Assembly: GCA_963769885.1 (NCBI GenBank)
Contig: CAVYNH010000001.1
Location: 13,234 to 77,233 of the forward strand
Reading direction: 5' to 3'
Origin: Methanobacteriota archaeon
GTDB lineage: Archaea > Thermoplasmatota > E2 > DHVEG-1
Length of the DNA stretch: 64,000 bases
Shown: in pieces, positions 10,223 through 20,539 of the stretch
Layout: the number at the start of each line of letters is the position of its first letter
Numbering within the stretch: the stretch's first letter is position 1
Notes under the pieces: model-generated
Seen by the model: only the letters and a program-made list of their open reading frames with translations
Databases searched by the model: none
What the model was told of the DNA's origin: nothing
Made by a program: the position numbers and the translations under genes

Positions 10223-10345
10223 ATGATGATGATCGTCGGGCAAGTCTCAAGCCAAGAAGAGGCCAACGAAATCGAGACCATCGCCAAACACTTCGTCGTC
10301 GGCAACCGCGCCCGGTCCCTCGCCCAACGACTCAAAGAACCCTGA
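10223..10345 (+). CDS. 40-aa small protein, paralog of 47918-48145
   Basis: GAGG RBS; MMMIVGQVSSQEEANEIETIAKHFVVGNRARSLAQRLKEP; below the ORF-track cutoff. Confidence 0.6.
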   Translation: MMMIVGQVSSQEEANEIETIAKHFVVGNRARSLAQRLKEP

Positions 10346-10373
10346 ACCACCACAACAAGGAGGACCCATCCCT

Positions 10374-10601
10374 ATGTCCAAGACCGCCGCCAAAATCTGG
10401 ATCTGGCTCGACGGCACCACCCTCATCAAAGCCGTCTACAACCCCCTCAACCGCACCCTCACCATCCTCGATGAAAACGACCGCCTCCTCCTCAAACGCA
10501 TCGGCATCACCGTCGAACAAGCCTACCAGCTCGCCGCCAAACTCGCCGTCATCGGCGCCAAACGCATGGACGGCAACCGCGAACCCTTCACCTACCTCTA
10601 A
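10374..10601 (+). CDS. Hypothetical protein (75 aa)
   Basis: AGGAGG RBS, host-like codon usage, followed by a T-tract. Confidence 0.7.
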   Translation: MSKTAAKIWIWLDGTTLIKAVYNPLNRTLTILDENDRLLLKRIGITVEQAYQLAAKLAVIGAKRMDGNREPFTYL

Positions 10602-10636
10602 GAAAACGCGCTCCCCAACCCCCTTTTTTTCTTACT

Positions 10637-11056
10637 TTAATCCCGCCACACCGGCTTCACCCACGAGTCGATGAACCGCTGCGACAAATCAGAGCCCGCC
10701 CGCGCGATATCCGTCACCGTCACAATCCCCACCACCCGGCCATCCACCACCACCGGCAGCTTCTTACAATGGCACTCCCGCATCACCCGCAACGCCACAT
10801 CCGTCGTCTCCAACGCATGCACCGTCTTCACATCAGGCGTCATAATCTCCCGCACCGTCGTCCTCACCGGATCCCGACCCAGACAAATCGTCCGCTCGAT
10901 CAAATCCCGCTCCGTCACAATCCCCACGCACTCCTCCCCAGAAACAACCACGAGACAGCCGACCTTCTTCTCCTTATACCTCATACACGCATCAAACACC
11001 GAGGCCCCGGCCTCAATCGACACCACCGACCGCGTCATGATCTCCTTGACCAGCAT
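10637..11056 (-). CDS. CBS domain protein
   Basis: VKEIMT, VGIVTERD, VREIMT, LPVV..GIVTVTDI. Confidence 0.93.
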   Translation of the reverse strand: MLVKEIMTRSVVSIEAGASVFDACMRYKEKKVGCLVVVSGEECVGIVTERDLIERTICLGRDPVRTTVREIMTPDVKTVHALETTDVALRVMRECHCKKLPVVVDGRVVGIVTVTDIARAGSDLSQRFIDSWVKPVWRD

Positions 11057-11141
11057 CCAGACCAACCCTCAGCCGCTACAGAATCAAGTACCAACGTTAT
11101 ATCCTTAGCCCCTCGCAAGCCAAAAAAAACAGGACTCCGTC

Positions 11142-12476
11142 CTACGGTTGACACGACGGGCCGCTCATATACAGAGGGATCTTTTCAACCGCAGCCGCAC
11201 GCTTCCGCTGGATATCCGCCAACAGCTGATCCAGCAGCTCCGCCGCCCGCTTCTTACATGCCCCGCACAACAACGTCCCCTTCTTGCAGGACTCATGCAG
11301 CGCCGCGAGCTCCGCATCGCTCTCCAGCAGATGATACAAGAACAACTCGTAGATGATGCACTCCTCTGGCTTCCCGCCAGTCCGCATCTGCTCCTCCTTC
11401 GTCGCCGCACCGCCCGTCTTCGCATTCAACAGCTTCTTGCGCGCCTCCGCCGGCGAGTCGGTCAGGAAAATCGAGCTCTCCGGCTTCGACGACGACATCT
11501 TCTCTCCAGTCAACCCCGTGATGAACCGATGGTACGTCGACGACGGCTGTAAAAACCCATACCCGCCGAACGCAGGCTCCGCCACCGCCAACCGAGCATC
11601 AATCCGACCCAGATCAGACTCAGAGGCATCCTCAATATAGATCGCCTTATACTCCGTAATACGCCGCAGACGACGAAACCCTAGCTCCTTCAACACCCGC
11701 TCCGCGACATCCAACAACTCAACGACACACTCATCGACCTTCACAAAGACGCCAATACGCTCATCCTTCGTCTTCATCACGTTAAACAACCGGAAATCCT
11801 GCGCGATATCACGACACAGCCGGATATGAGGATCCTGATCAACCCCAACCGGCACCAGCGTCGGCCGGATCCCGCCATACTGCGGCAACTGCACATGCAA
11901 AATATCCCCCGCTTGAACCAACGGAGAAAACACATGCGCCAGGTTCGTGCCACCATCAAACCCATACGTCGCCACCATTTGCGACCAGTTCACCTTCCGG
12001 CCCAAGAGATAGGCGAGGTCCTTGACATCCTCGTTCTTCGACTGGAAATAGATCCGGCAACGCTCCGGCTTCAACCCAAGCGCGATGTAGTTGATGATAT
12101 ACTCATTAATAGCCATGTCCTTCGTTTGGTCTAGCGTCATTCCCCGGGTAGCATAGGCTTCGATATCCGCGACCGCAATCGCAATATCGGCCCCGATGCT
12201 CTGATAATAGATGACTTCGTCGATGACCATCTTATGGCCGAGGTGCATCCGCCCCGACGGCATCAGCCCGGTGAGGATCGCCCAGGGCTTCTTGGCAAGG
12301 ATCGCTTCATGAATCTGATTGAACCCCCGCTGGCCGAAGACAACGCCACGGCGGAGCAGGCGGTGCGGCGACGGGAGGTCCTTCCAGCAGTCCTCAGTGA
12401 AGGCTTGAATACCGAATTCGTCACGCAACCGAGCATAGTCTTGATAGGAACGGGAACTCCACGGATCGATCTTCAT
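11142..12476 (-). CDS. trpS: Tryptophan--tRNA ligase
   Basis: PSGRMHLGH (HIGH), VGVDQDPH, KMSSS. Confidence 0.97.
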   Translation of the reverse strand: MKIDPWSSRSYQDYARLRDEFGIQAFTEDCWKDLPSPHRLLRRGVVFGQRGFNQIHEAILAKKPWAILTGLMPSGRMHLGHKMVIDEVIYYQSIGADIAIAVADIEAYATRGMTLDQTKDMAINEYIINYIALGLKPERCRIYFQSKNEDVKDLAYLLGRKVNWSQMVATYGFDGGTNLAHVFSPLVQAGDILHVQLPQYGGIRPTLVPVGVDQDPHIRLCRDIAQDFRLFNVMKTKDERIGVFVKVDECVVELLDVAERVLKELGFRRLRRITEYKAIYIEDASESDLGRIDARLAVAEPAFGGYGFLQPSSTYHRFITGLTGEKMSSSKPESSIFLTDSPAEARKKLLNAKTGGAATKEEQMRTGGKPEECIIYELFLYHLLESDAELAALHESCKKGTLLCGACKKRAAELLDQLLADIQRKRAAAVEKIPLYMSGPSCQP

Positions 12477-12544
12477 CTCCCCGGCTATCTCGTCAACGTG
12501 ATAAAAAACTTCCCCCTAAAAAAAGAGGAGAAGGCCGGGGGGAC

Positions 12545-15500
12545 TTAGCGCTTCCGCCGGCGAAGCACCACGGCGATGATGACGATGACGAGGACCGCGA
12601 TAATCCCGATGATCGCCAGCACCATCGTCTGGGAGAAGAACGAGGCCTGCTGCCGGACGTTGGGATGGTCCGATGCGCCGAATGGCGCGTGACCCGCGAC
12701 GGAAAACCCTTCTTGCGGCGCATAGATCAAGGGTTCGACGTCGCCTGGCTCCCAGTGATTCAGGGTGCTGAACGTGGTCCCGGGTACCCAGGTGCGCAGG
12801 TTGGGGTCGCCATAGAGGCAGACATTCTCCTCAAGGTCCCACCACCATACCGGCGGGTCGGAGATGTACTGGATGCCGACTTTCTTGATGCCCGCCTCGT
12901 AGATCTGGCCCATGGTCATGCCGAGGGCGATGCCGCGGGGCACGGAGTTCTGCCAGACGCCGGAATACCACGAGGTCGCCCAGGGATCCATGATTTGGAC
13001 CACCGACCCATGCCGCATAAGGGAGATGTGGAGGTATTTGCCGGCGGGTAGGCAAGCGACACTGCTGATGCTGACCGAGTGAATGTTTCCGAGCGAATCA
13101 TCAACATTACTTCCATTGTAATAGGCGGTTCCCATGCGGGTGGCAAGCAGTGAGATGACAATGCCATCGTAATAATCCTGGGTGTCTTGGAACCATTTTG
13201 GGGTGATGAGGCGTAGGATCGGCAGGCTGGCGATGTTACCCAGGATATCTCGGAGAGGGTGTTTGGCGAGCGCCAGATCCAAACCTGTTTTGATGAATCC
13301 GATGCGGGGATCCGGATTCCCAAGCATGGTGGCGATGAGGCCGTGGACCTGCATGGTCATGGTGTCCGGCTCCGTGGTGGATCCCATGAGCCATTCGTAG
13401 CCCCGCCAGGGGTTGACCTCCTTGGTTTCTGCAGCGAACGGGAACGTCTTTTTGGCGTCAGGGTTCTGACCGGTGGGGTCCCAGAACATGAGGACGCCGC
13501 CGTCGCGTGGTCCGCCGTGGGTGTTGATGAGCCAGAGGAGGATGCCTTGGTTGAGGTTGTTCATGTTGGCGTCGAAGTTGGTGGAGTAGACAGGGGAGTA
13601 CCCGCCCTGGTCGAGGTAAAAGGTCTGGACCTCGGCGGCGCTCATATCAGGCAGGTAAGCGCCGGTTTGTCCGTTGACCGCTAGCATGTCCCCGGAGTCG
13701 ATAGGGTTGAAGGATGCGGTCTGGCCAGGGATGTCCCCGTCGGCGCATTTGTACGTGAAGCCCCAGTAATTGCTCGCCCGGCTGTTGAATTTTTCTTCGT
13801 AGCAGATGAGGGTGTTCAGGGCGGGGTAGTGCAGGGTGACGTCCCCGGAGGGTCTGATGATTTTTAATCCGAGTTTTCCGCGCCAGGGGAACTGGCGTTT
13901 GCTGATGCTACCGTTGGTGAGGGTGACGCCGTCAGGGTTTTTAATACCAGGGTTTTGGAAGACGATCTGGGGGTAGAAGACGGTTTTTGCGAGCCAGACT
14001 GACAAGTCGGTTGGAGACCCGAAGAAGCGGCCGGGCTCGGCTTTGCCGACGAACATTCGGTCCCAGGAGAAGCCGATGTTGTATTGTCCGCCGACGGTGA
14101 TGAGGATTTCGTCGCCTTGTTTGTCATAGTCGAGTTGTTTGAGGTAGGAGTAGACGCGGGTTCCGGTGAGGTACATCTCGGCGACCGCGGGTTCTTTGCT
14201 GATGCCGTCGGAGTGACGTCGCCAGAGTTCGTTGTGGTAGATGACGGCGGAGGAGAACTGGGGGTGGTTTTCGACGATGAGGACGGGGCTGCCGTGTTGG
14301 GCGGCGATATAGGCGGCTGGTCCGACAGCGATTTCACCCTCTATGGGGGCTCCGGGGTGGAAGGTGGCGTTGTCCATGGTCCAGTAGTTCACGGTGGAGA
14401 AGATGACGTCGTTTTGGCCTGAGAGGGATCGGATGGTGGTGTTGATGTCGTTGAAGGTGGTGAGGTAGTGGGTGTCGGTGATGCCGTCGGTGAGGGTGGT
14501 CTTGGTGGTGCTCTTCATTGTGTTGTGGAGGTCGACGACGTAGAGGTGTGTCGTGCCGAGGGTGGCGAGGGTGCTGGTCGTGGTCTTCGGGGTGGATGCA
14601 GTGGAGGTGTAGAGGAGCGGGGCGTTGAGGAGGGAGGCGAGGACGGCGGCGTTGGCGGCGGAGTCGAGGCTGTCGCCGTAGCTGCGGGTCATGTTTTGCT
14701 TCCAGGAATAGTCGATGGTGAAGGGGGTGTCGCTGGTGAGGGGTGTTTCGGTGTAGACGCAGAGGCTGTAGTGTTCGCCGGGGAGGCATTCGCCGAGGCC
14801 GGTGAGGTGCATGTCGGTGCTGGTGCCGTCGGGGAGGGGGATGGCGCAGGCTCCCTCGGGTGTGGGGCAGGTGGTGGAGACGCCGGCTTCGCGGGTGGAG
14901 AGGATTTCTTCGCCGCTGGGGCCGATGAGGCTGAAGCCGAGGTCGACGCTGGGGTCGTTCCAGTGGAGGGTGATGGTGGCGTCTTGGCATCCGTAGGGGG
15001 GGAGGTCGGGGATGGTGAGGGTGGTGCCGGGGTACATGTTGACGTCGATTTGGTAGGTGACTTTGTGGAGGTTTTGGAGGACTTCGAGGAGTCTGCCGTA
15101 GCGGCCGAAGTGGAGGAAGAGGAGGTTGCGGGTTTTTTCGATGGGGGTGTTTTGGAAGTTGGTTGGGGTTTGGTCGGAGAGGGTCTTGGTGGGGGCGTCG
15201 GTGAGGGCGACGCTCCATTTGCCGGGGTTGTAGACGTAGGTGGAGACGTAGTCTTTGTCCATGCCTTCCATGGCGTTCCAGGCGGCGACGATGCCGGCCA
15301 TCATCCATTGGCCGTCTTTTTCGCAGTAGACTTGGAGGTCGCGGTCGCCGGCGGGGATGCTCATGTTGATGATGCCTTGGAAGCCGCCGCGTCCGATGTT
15401 GATGTAGACGCTGGGGTACCAGGAGCGGATGTAGAGCATTTTGTAGCCGTCGGGGACGGTGAATTCGTTGTAGATGGGGTAGATCTCGTTGGTCTGGGGG

Positions 15501-16138
15501 ACTTCGAAGTGTTGGGTGAGGGTGCCGCGTTGGGTGGTGACGGTGCCGTTGAGGGTGCCGTGGGTCTCGTTGCCGGTGGTGGGGAGGGTGGGGTCGATGG
15601 CGGCGACGACGGCGGTGTCGGCGTAGGCCCAGTCGGCGAGGGCGAGTTGGCTGGCGATGGTGGCGGGGTCGGTGCTGGTGATGGTGGTGAGGGTGTGGGT
15701 GTTCCAGTCGGGGTTGAGGCTGTCTTGTGGGACGTTGATGGCGGTGAGGGTGTCGAGTTGGCCGTCGCAGTAGGCCATCCAGTCTTGCATGAAGTAGTCG
15801 ATGCCTTGGCGGGTGTTGAGGAAGCGGTCGTCGAGGCTGGTGCCGGGGTGTGGGTCTTCGTAGAAGAGGAGGGGGTTGGTGTAGATGGTTTTGGTGGTTT
15901 TGTCGTAGAAGACGGCGGTGGGGACGGCGGCGAGGTAGGCGTAGTCGTCGATGAGGCTGTGTTCTTGTTGGGCGACGAAGGTGACTTTTTTAAGGGGGAC
16001 GTAGGGCTGCCAGGTGACGCCGCGGGTGGAGGGTTGGGTGGTGTTGGCGGCGGTGGTGAGGGGGGCGGCGGTGGTGAGGAGGCAGAGGATGGTGGTGATA
16101 AGGAGTAAACTGTGGGTGACGGGCTTGTGGTGTGGCAT
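12545..16138 (-). CDS. Large secreted, membrane-anchored protein with a C25 (gingipain)-like C-terminal domain
   Basis: Signal peptide; segments resembling cell-wall-binding repeat 2 (AAVLASLLNAPLLY); NTHG / SVACL / LYGDPNL; C-terminal TM + RRRKR. Confidence 0.7.
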   Translation of the reverse strand: MPHHKPVTHSLLLITTILCLLTTAAPLTTAANTTQPSTRGVTWQPYVPLKKVTFVAQQEHSLIDDYAYLAAVPTAVFYDKTTKTIYTNPLLFYEDPHPGTSLDDRFLNTRQGIDYFMQDWMAYCDGQLDTLTAINVPQDSLNPDWNTHTLTTITSTDPATIASQLALADWAYADTAVVAAIDPTLPTTGNETHGTLNGTVTTQRGTLTQHFEVPQTNEIYPIYNEFTVPDGYKMLYIRSWYPSVYINIGRGGFQGIINMSIPAGDRDLQVYCEKDGQWMMAGIVAAWNAMEGMDKDYVSTYVYNPGKWSVALTDAPTKTLSDQTPTNFQNTPIEKTRNLLFLHFGRYGRLLEVLQNLHKVTYQIDVNMYPGTTLTIPDLPPYGCQDATITLHWNDPSVDLGFSLIGPSGEEILSTREAGVSTTCPTPEGACAIPLPDGTSTDMHLTGLGECLPGEHYSLCVYTETPLTSDTPFTIDYSWKQNMTRSYGDSLDSAANAAVLASLLNAPLLYTSTASTPKTTTSTLATLGTTHLYVVDLHNTMKSTTKTTLTDGITDTHYLTTFNDINTTIRSLSGQNDVIFSTVNYWTMDNATFHPGAPIEGEIAVGPAAYIAAQHGSPVLIVENHPQFSSAVIYHNELWRRHSDGISKEPAVAEMYLTGTRVYSYLKQLDYDKQGDEILITVGGQYNIGFSWDRMFVGKAEPGRFFGSPTDLSVWLAKTVFYPQIVFQNPGIKNPDGVTLTNGSISKRQFPWRGKLGLKIIRPSGDVTLHYPALNTLICYEEKFNSRASNYWGFTYKCADGDIPGQTASFNPIDSGDMLAVNGQTGAYLPDMSAAEVQTFYLDQGGYSPVYSTNFDANMNNLNQGILLWLINTHGGPRDGGVLMFWDPTGQNPDAKKTFPFAAETKEVNPWRGYEWLMGSTTEPDTMTMQVHGLIATMLGNPDPRIGFIKTGLDLALAKHPLRDILGNIASLPILRLITPKWFQDTQDYYDGIVISLLATRMGTAYYNGSNVDDSLGNIHSVSISSVACLPAGKYLHISLMRHGSVVQIMDPWATSWYSGVWQNSVPRGIALGMTMGQIYEAGIKKVGIQYISDPPVWWWDLEENVCLYGDPNLRTWVPGTTFSTLNHWEPGDVEPLIYAPQEGFSVAGHAPFGASDHPNVRQQASFFSQTMVLAIIGIIAVLVIVIIAVVLRRRKR

Positions 16139-16373
16139 TTTCTCCCCCAGGGGTTCTTTAGGAGTATATGGGCGTAGGGGTTTATTAATATTTTTTTATA
16201 TGTATAAATGGATTGGGATTGGGGTGCCTCTGGGGGTGGTGGTGGTGTCCGGTTTTGGGTGTGGCTTGGCGGCTGTTGTGTTTCTCTTTTTTCTTTTTGG
16301 TGAAATGATATCTTTATATCCCCCGTGGGTATTCGTACCGGGTGTCTTTATGCGTGGGAGACATTGCACCCTT

Positions 16374-16505
16374 ATGACTGAGCATTGTGCGATTTGCGGG
16401 GGCGAGATTAGCTCTGTGGACGACCGGGGGATCTGCCATCTCTGCAAGCTGTCGATTATTTTCAACGAGGACACGTTTCCGGAGATCGAGGACTGCGCGT
16501 CCTGA
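16374..16505 (+). CDS. Small zinc-finger protein (43 aa)
   Basis: MTEHCAICGG...GICHLC; two CxxC. Confidence 0.55.
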   Translation: MTEHCAICGGEISSVDDRGICHLCKLSIIFNEDTFPEIEDCAS

Positions 16506-16571
16506 TTTTTCTTTCAGCGGGGAAACCCTCTTATAACGCGGTGCTTTTCTCTGGCGGGGTTCAGGAGTGGT

Positions 16572-17480
16572 ATGAATCCGGAGTTGCGTTCGCTGCTGGG
16601 TCGTCAGCATTACGCGGTGGTCGGCGGGCATTCCGCGGTGAAGCTGTGCCATTGGACGAAGGAGAGCATCCTGCGGGGGCGGTCGTGCTACAAGCAGGAT
16701 TTTTATGGGATTGCGTCGCATCGGTGTCTGCAGATGTCGCCGGCGGTGTCCGCGTGCACGCAGATGTGCCTGTTCTGCTGGCGGATCCAGACGTTCACCG
16801 AACAAGCGGTGGCGGCGCCGGATGACCCCGAGGCGATCCTGGAGGGGTCTCTCCGTGCGCAGCAGAAGCTGCTCACCGGGTACAAGGGGGATCCGCGGAC
16901 GGACCCGGAGAAGTTCGTGGAGGCGCAGCGGCCGACCATGGTCGCCTGCTCGCTTTCTGGGGAGCCGACGCTGTATCCAAGGCTGGGGGAGCTGTTCGAG
17001 GCGTGCCATCGCCGTGAGATGACCACGTTCTTGGTCACAAATGGGACGCAGCCGACGGTATTGGCGCGGCTTGATCCCTTGCCGAGGCAGCTGTATCTCT
17101 CCGTCGTGGCTCCGACTGAGGACGTATATAAGAAGTTATGCGCGCCGTTGATTCCAGATGGTTGGGCGCGGATCCAGGAGACGCTGGCGGTGCTGCCGTC
17201 GCTGGGGACGCGGACGGTGGTGCGACATACGCTGGTGAAAGGCTGGAACATGGATCCCGGGATGGTCCCAGCGTATGCCCGGATGATCGCTGCGGCGCAG
17301 CCGGAGTTCGTCGAGGCGAAGGGCTTCGTCTTCGTCGGGTCCTCCCGCGGGCGGATGCATTTTGACGCGATGCCGTCGCATGAGGACGTCCAGCGGTTCG
17401 CGGCGGCGCTCGCCGAGGCGACCGGCTACAAGGTGACGAAGGAGAAGCCTGACTCCCTCGTGGTTTTACTACAGAGGTAG
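16572..17480 (+). CDS. taw1: 4-demethylwyosine synthase TYW1 (radical SAM)
   Basis: HSAVKLCHW, CYKQDFYGIASHRC, CTQMCLFCWR, SLSGEPTLYP. Confidence 0.96.
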   Translation: MNPELRSLLGRQHYAVVGGHSAVKLCHWTKESILRGRSCYKQDFYGIASHRCLQMSPAVSACTQMCLFCWRIQTFTEQAVAAPDDPEAILEGSLRAQQKLLTGYKGDPRTDPEKFVEAQRPTMVACSLSGEPTLYPRLGELFEACHRREMTTFLVTNGTQPTVLARLDPLPRQLYLSVVAPTEDVYKKLCAPLIPDGWARIQETLAVLPSLGTRTVVRHTLVKGWNMDPGMVPAYARMIAAAQPEFVEAKGFVFVGSSRGRMHFDAMPSHEDVQRFAAALAEATGYKVTKEKPDSLVVLLQR

Positions 17481-17514
17481 AAGGAAAAGAGAAAAAAAGG
17501 GTGAAAGGCGGTGT

Positions 17515-17874
17515 TTATCCTTTCAGTTTGCGGCGTTCGACTTTCACGCCGGCAGGTGAGACGACCATGAGGTTCTGGCCGATGCCGGCGATGTCGCCGC
17601 CGATGTCGTCGGTGATCCGTTTCAGCTCGTTGGTGACGCGTTTCAGTAGCATCTCTTCATCGGCGATGGCGGTGAAGTCGAGGACGAGCACGTTGCCGCC
17701 GTAGACGTAGTCGGTGAGCTTGCGGAGGTCCTCGTACCGCAGGATCTCTCCGACGGCGACATACATCCGTGCCCCCTGGGCGGTACCCGTGGTGTCCATG
17801 TATTTCTCCAGGTCGATGTACCCTTCGGTTGTACCTGTTTTTTTCTCGCCAAAAATCTTACCTGTCAATCCCAT
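17515..17874 (-). CDS. sepF: Cell division protein SepF
   Basis: VYGGNVLVLDF, GGDIAGIG, VSPAGVKVER. Confidence 0.9.
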   Translation of the reverse strand: MGLTGKIFGEKKTGTTEGYIDLEKYMDTTGTAQGARMYVAVGEILRYEDLRKLTDYVYGGNVLVLDFTAIADEEMLLKRVTNELKRITDDIGGDIAGIGQNLMVVSPAGVKVERRKLKG

Positions 17875-18227
17875 AGTGCCATTCTCCTGTAATAAAGTCG
17901 GTATGCTAAAATAATTATCGCCTTATAAAGTCATCGCAACTGTTTGTTTATTAGAGATACCGACCCATCCACGAAATCTTATGAGCGCATGTCTGTTTAA
18001 CTATTTTTGCTCCGTGAATAATCATCCACCAGATTAGATGATAACTTATTTAACACCATTTATTGGGCTTCGACTGAGATGGTCTACTGCCCCCCCTCAA
18101 TTTTTGCAAATTTCTTTACATAAACTAATTTTTTTCGCTTCGGGTTTTTTTTTATGATTATTATCCCTTAAGATAGAAAAATTAAAATATCTATTCACTC
18201 TTTTACAAGTCAGAGAGGGAGAATAAG

Positions 18228-19184
18228 ATGAACAAGGAAACAAAATATCTAATATTAATCATAACTTTATCATGCTTGGTTCTCACTGCAGGACCGTGCA
18301 TCGCCGTCACAGGCTCGACCCAAAACGCAAGGATTCAAATGCCAGTACCAATAGTCCCAACATCGAAAACGTCTGGAAATGGTCTTGTCGATTACTGGAG
18401 CTTCGATGAGGGCTCCGGCAGCATCGCCCATGACTCAGTCGCAGGTAACGACGGCCAAATCCACTCGTGCAACTGGGTAGCCGGCCACTCGGGAACCGCC
18501 CTGGAATTTCCTTATACTGATAGTTGGGTTGTACTCCCGGGCAGTTTTGATAGCCAGATCACGACCTTCGTCTCTATCGACGCCTGGATTTATTGGTACG
18601 GCCATGGGACATTTCCCTACTCTCATATCATCTTCGACACTCGAAGAGGCGGGTTTACTGGCGGCTACGTATTCTTCATCTGGCCTGACGGCATTCTCCG
18701 GTTCTACAACGACTTCAAGCCTGAGCAACACATCAACAGCTCGGCACCGATACCAATCAACGTATGGACCCACGTCCGTATCGATTTCAATGATGCAACC
18801 GATACGATGCAGTTGTTTATCAACGATAAGCTTGATACGACCGCGACAACAACGTACCCCCTGTTAAGTAATGATTATGGGGCTCTGATTGGGAATAATG
18901 TCTACTATGAACCGGCACCGTTTAACGGCATCATCGATGAGGTGAAGATCTACAATTCGCGGCCAACCCCTCACAACCTGTTCCTGCTAGGCAGAATTAC
19001 GAACAAGACCTCGGACAACTCCACCGTCACTTTCAATGCGAAGTCGCTGATCGTCTGGGACAAGAACGAATCGATTATCATGAAGCTTAAATCAGGCGAG
19101 CAGATAGTCGTCCTGAAGGATTATCGGGGGTTTATCGGGAAACGGTTTGTCATCGGTAAGTTCATGGGTTACGTGAATTCCTAA
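18228..19184 (+). CDS. Secreted LamG/concanavalin-like domain protein
   Basis: Signal peptide; GLVDYWSFDEGSG, WTHV, FNGIIDEVKIYN. Confidence 0.88.
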   Translation: MNKETKYLILIITLSCLVLTAGPCIAVTGSTQNARIQMPVPIVPTSKTSGNGLVDYWSFDEGSGSIAHDSVAGNDGQIHSCNWVAGHSGTALEFPYTDSWVVLPGSFDSQITTFVSIDAWIYWYGHGTFPYSHIIFDTRRGGFTGGYVFFIWPDGILRFYNDFKPEQHINSSAPIPINVWTHVRIDFNDATDTMQLFINDKLDTTATTTYPLLSNDYGALIGNNVYYEPAPFNGIIDEVKIYNSRPTPHNLFLLGRITNKTSDNSTVTFNAKSLIVWDKNESIIMKLKSGEQIVVLKDYRGFIGKRFVIGKFMGYVNS

Positions 19185-19352
19185 AAATAACCCAAGATGA
19201 CCGGGGCGGTTCTTCGTATCCTCGATTAATCGCCTCGGCCTTTCATTTATCATTTTCTATACTATTTTGTTGATTGGAAATTTGGTCTTATAAACATTTG
19301 GAGCAGGTGCAGATGCGGCCTGCGCTGCCGACGAATTGGCATGGTTCTTCTT

Positions 19353-19845
19353 CTATTGATGCGTGAGCATCCAGAGGTGGTCGCCGACGTAATGCAGCGT
19401 CTTGATTGCTTTCCCGGCCTTTGAGGCGGTCATCGCCTCCCCGGAGACGAGCGCGATACCGACGGCGAGGGGCTTGCGGTGCATCTCGTCGCAGACCCAA
19501 ACCTCGTCCCCCTCCTGGATTTCAGGGTCCGCGGACACGATTCCCGGGGCCATGACGTCCGCGCCGTTGCTAATGAACCGGATGGCGCCCATGTCGACGG
19601 TCACACAACGCCCCGGCGGCTTGTACTTGTCAATGCCGACCAGGGTCATGACCTCACGGTCGTTCCAGCGGAAAAAGTCGACCTCGTCATAGACGAGGAT
19701 GACCGTGTATTCTTCAAGCGTCCCGGTGTCCACGGTCGCCGTCTCCGGGAACAGGTCGGTCTTGTACCTGCGCCCGCAGTCGAACAAGGAGATCCCGGAC
19801 TTCTTTCTGCTTCAGACGATGCTGGTTCTTGACGTTCCTCGCCAT
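19353..19845 (-). CDS. PUA-domain RNA-binding protein (DUF1947/MCT-1-like) with one frameshift near 19767
   Basis: VDMGAIRFISNGADVMAPGI, LHYVGD. The true N-terminus MARNVKNQHRLKQKEVR lies in another frame (one extra G), probably a sequencing error. Confidence 0.85.
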
Positions 19846-19955
19846 ACTCCTCTGTCGCTAACCCACCATGCATTTTTAAGACTTGCCGAAACCCTGAACA
19901 GGTGACCAAACTCTTATAAATCACACCTGTATTTCGTCCATCCTAGGTAATCCCC

Positions 19956-20174
19956 ATGGTGGAGAAACCGTTGAAACTGTTGCACGCCAGCCTCAACAAC
20001 CGCGTCATCGTCGAACTCCGAGGTGGCGTCCAGTACCAAGGCGTGCTCGACGGCTACGACGTCCCCCATATGAATCTGGTGCTGAAGAATGCGGACGAGC
20101 AGATAAAAGAGAAAAAGACCAAGCATGAGAGGGTCATCGTCCGGGGGGACAATATCATTTATATATCTCCATAG
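19956..20174 (+). CDS. Sm-like archaeal protein (Lsm/SmAP)
   Basis: Sm1 G.LDGYD.HMNLVL and Sm2 VIVRGDNI; adjacent to rpl37e. Confidence 0.95.
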   Translation: MVEKPLKLLHASLNNRVIVELRGGVQYQGVLDGYDVPHMNLVLKNADEQIKEKKTKHERVIVRGDNIIYISP

Positions 20175-20191
20175 GATAGGGGGTAGCCACT

Positions 20192-20356
20192 ATGACGAAG
20201 GGAACCACGTGCCGATCCGGGGGACACCGGTCGCATACGATCTGCCGCCGCTGCGGGCATCATTCTTTTCACCTGCAGAAGCGGCGCTGCGCGTTTTGCG
20301 GGTTCGGCGAGACCGCGAAGATCCGACGCTACAACTGGACGCGACGCAAAGTTTGA
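20192..20356 (+). CDS. rpl37e: 50S ribosomal protein L37e
   Basis: MTKGT...HTICRRCGHHSFH...CAFCGFG...RRYNW (54 aa, missing from the ORF track). Confidence 0.95.
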   Translation: MTKGTTCRSGGHRSHTICRRCGHHSFHLQKRRCAFCGFGETAKIRRYNWTRRKV

Positions 20357-20539
20357 ATCATCCGTCTTTTCTTGCTAGGAATAGGGCGTTGTCTCAAAAC
20401 TCAAAGGTTCCTCCTGAAGCCACTTCAAGACGAGAAAAACGATCTCGGGGGACGGCTGAATACTTTTGAGACAAAGCCGGGGAATAGTTTCACCCACCCC
20501 CTCTTGATGTTTTTAAAGCGGGAGCCTGTTCACATTGGT

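Noticed and set aside
14468-16108. Long alternative-frame ORFs (also 5368-6387, 51580-53124, 55267-56337, 56007-57446)
   Set aside because: Shadows of real genes, caused by high GC and skewed third positions.
17880-19290. LamG gene region as a mobile islet
   Set aside because: The flanks are AT-rich, but I found no bounding repeats or mobility genes.
19760-19775. Programmed frameshift in the PUA-domain gene
   Set aside because: No slippery sequence; a single extra G is more simply a sequencing error.
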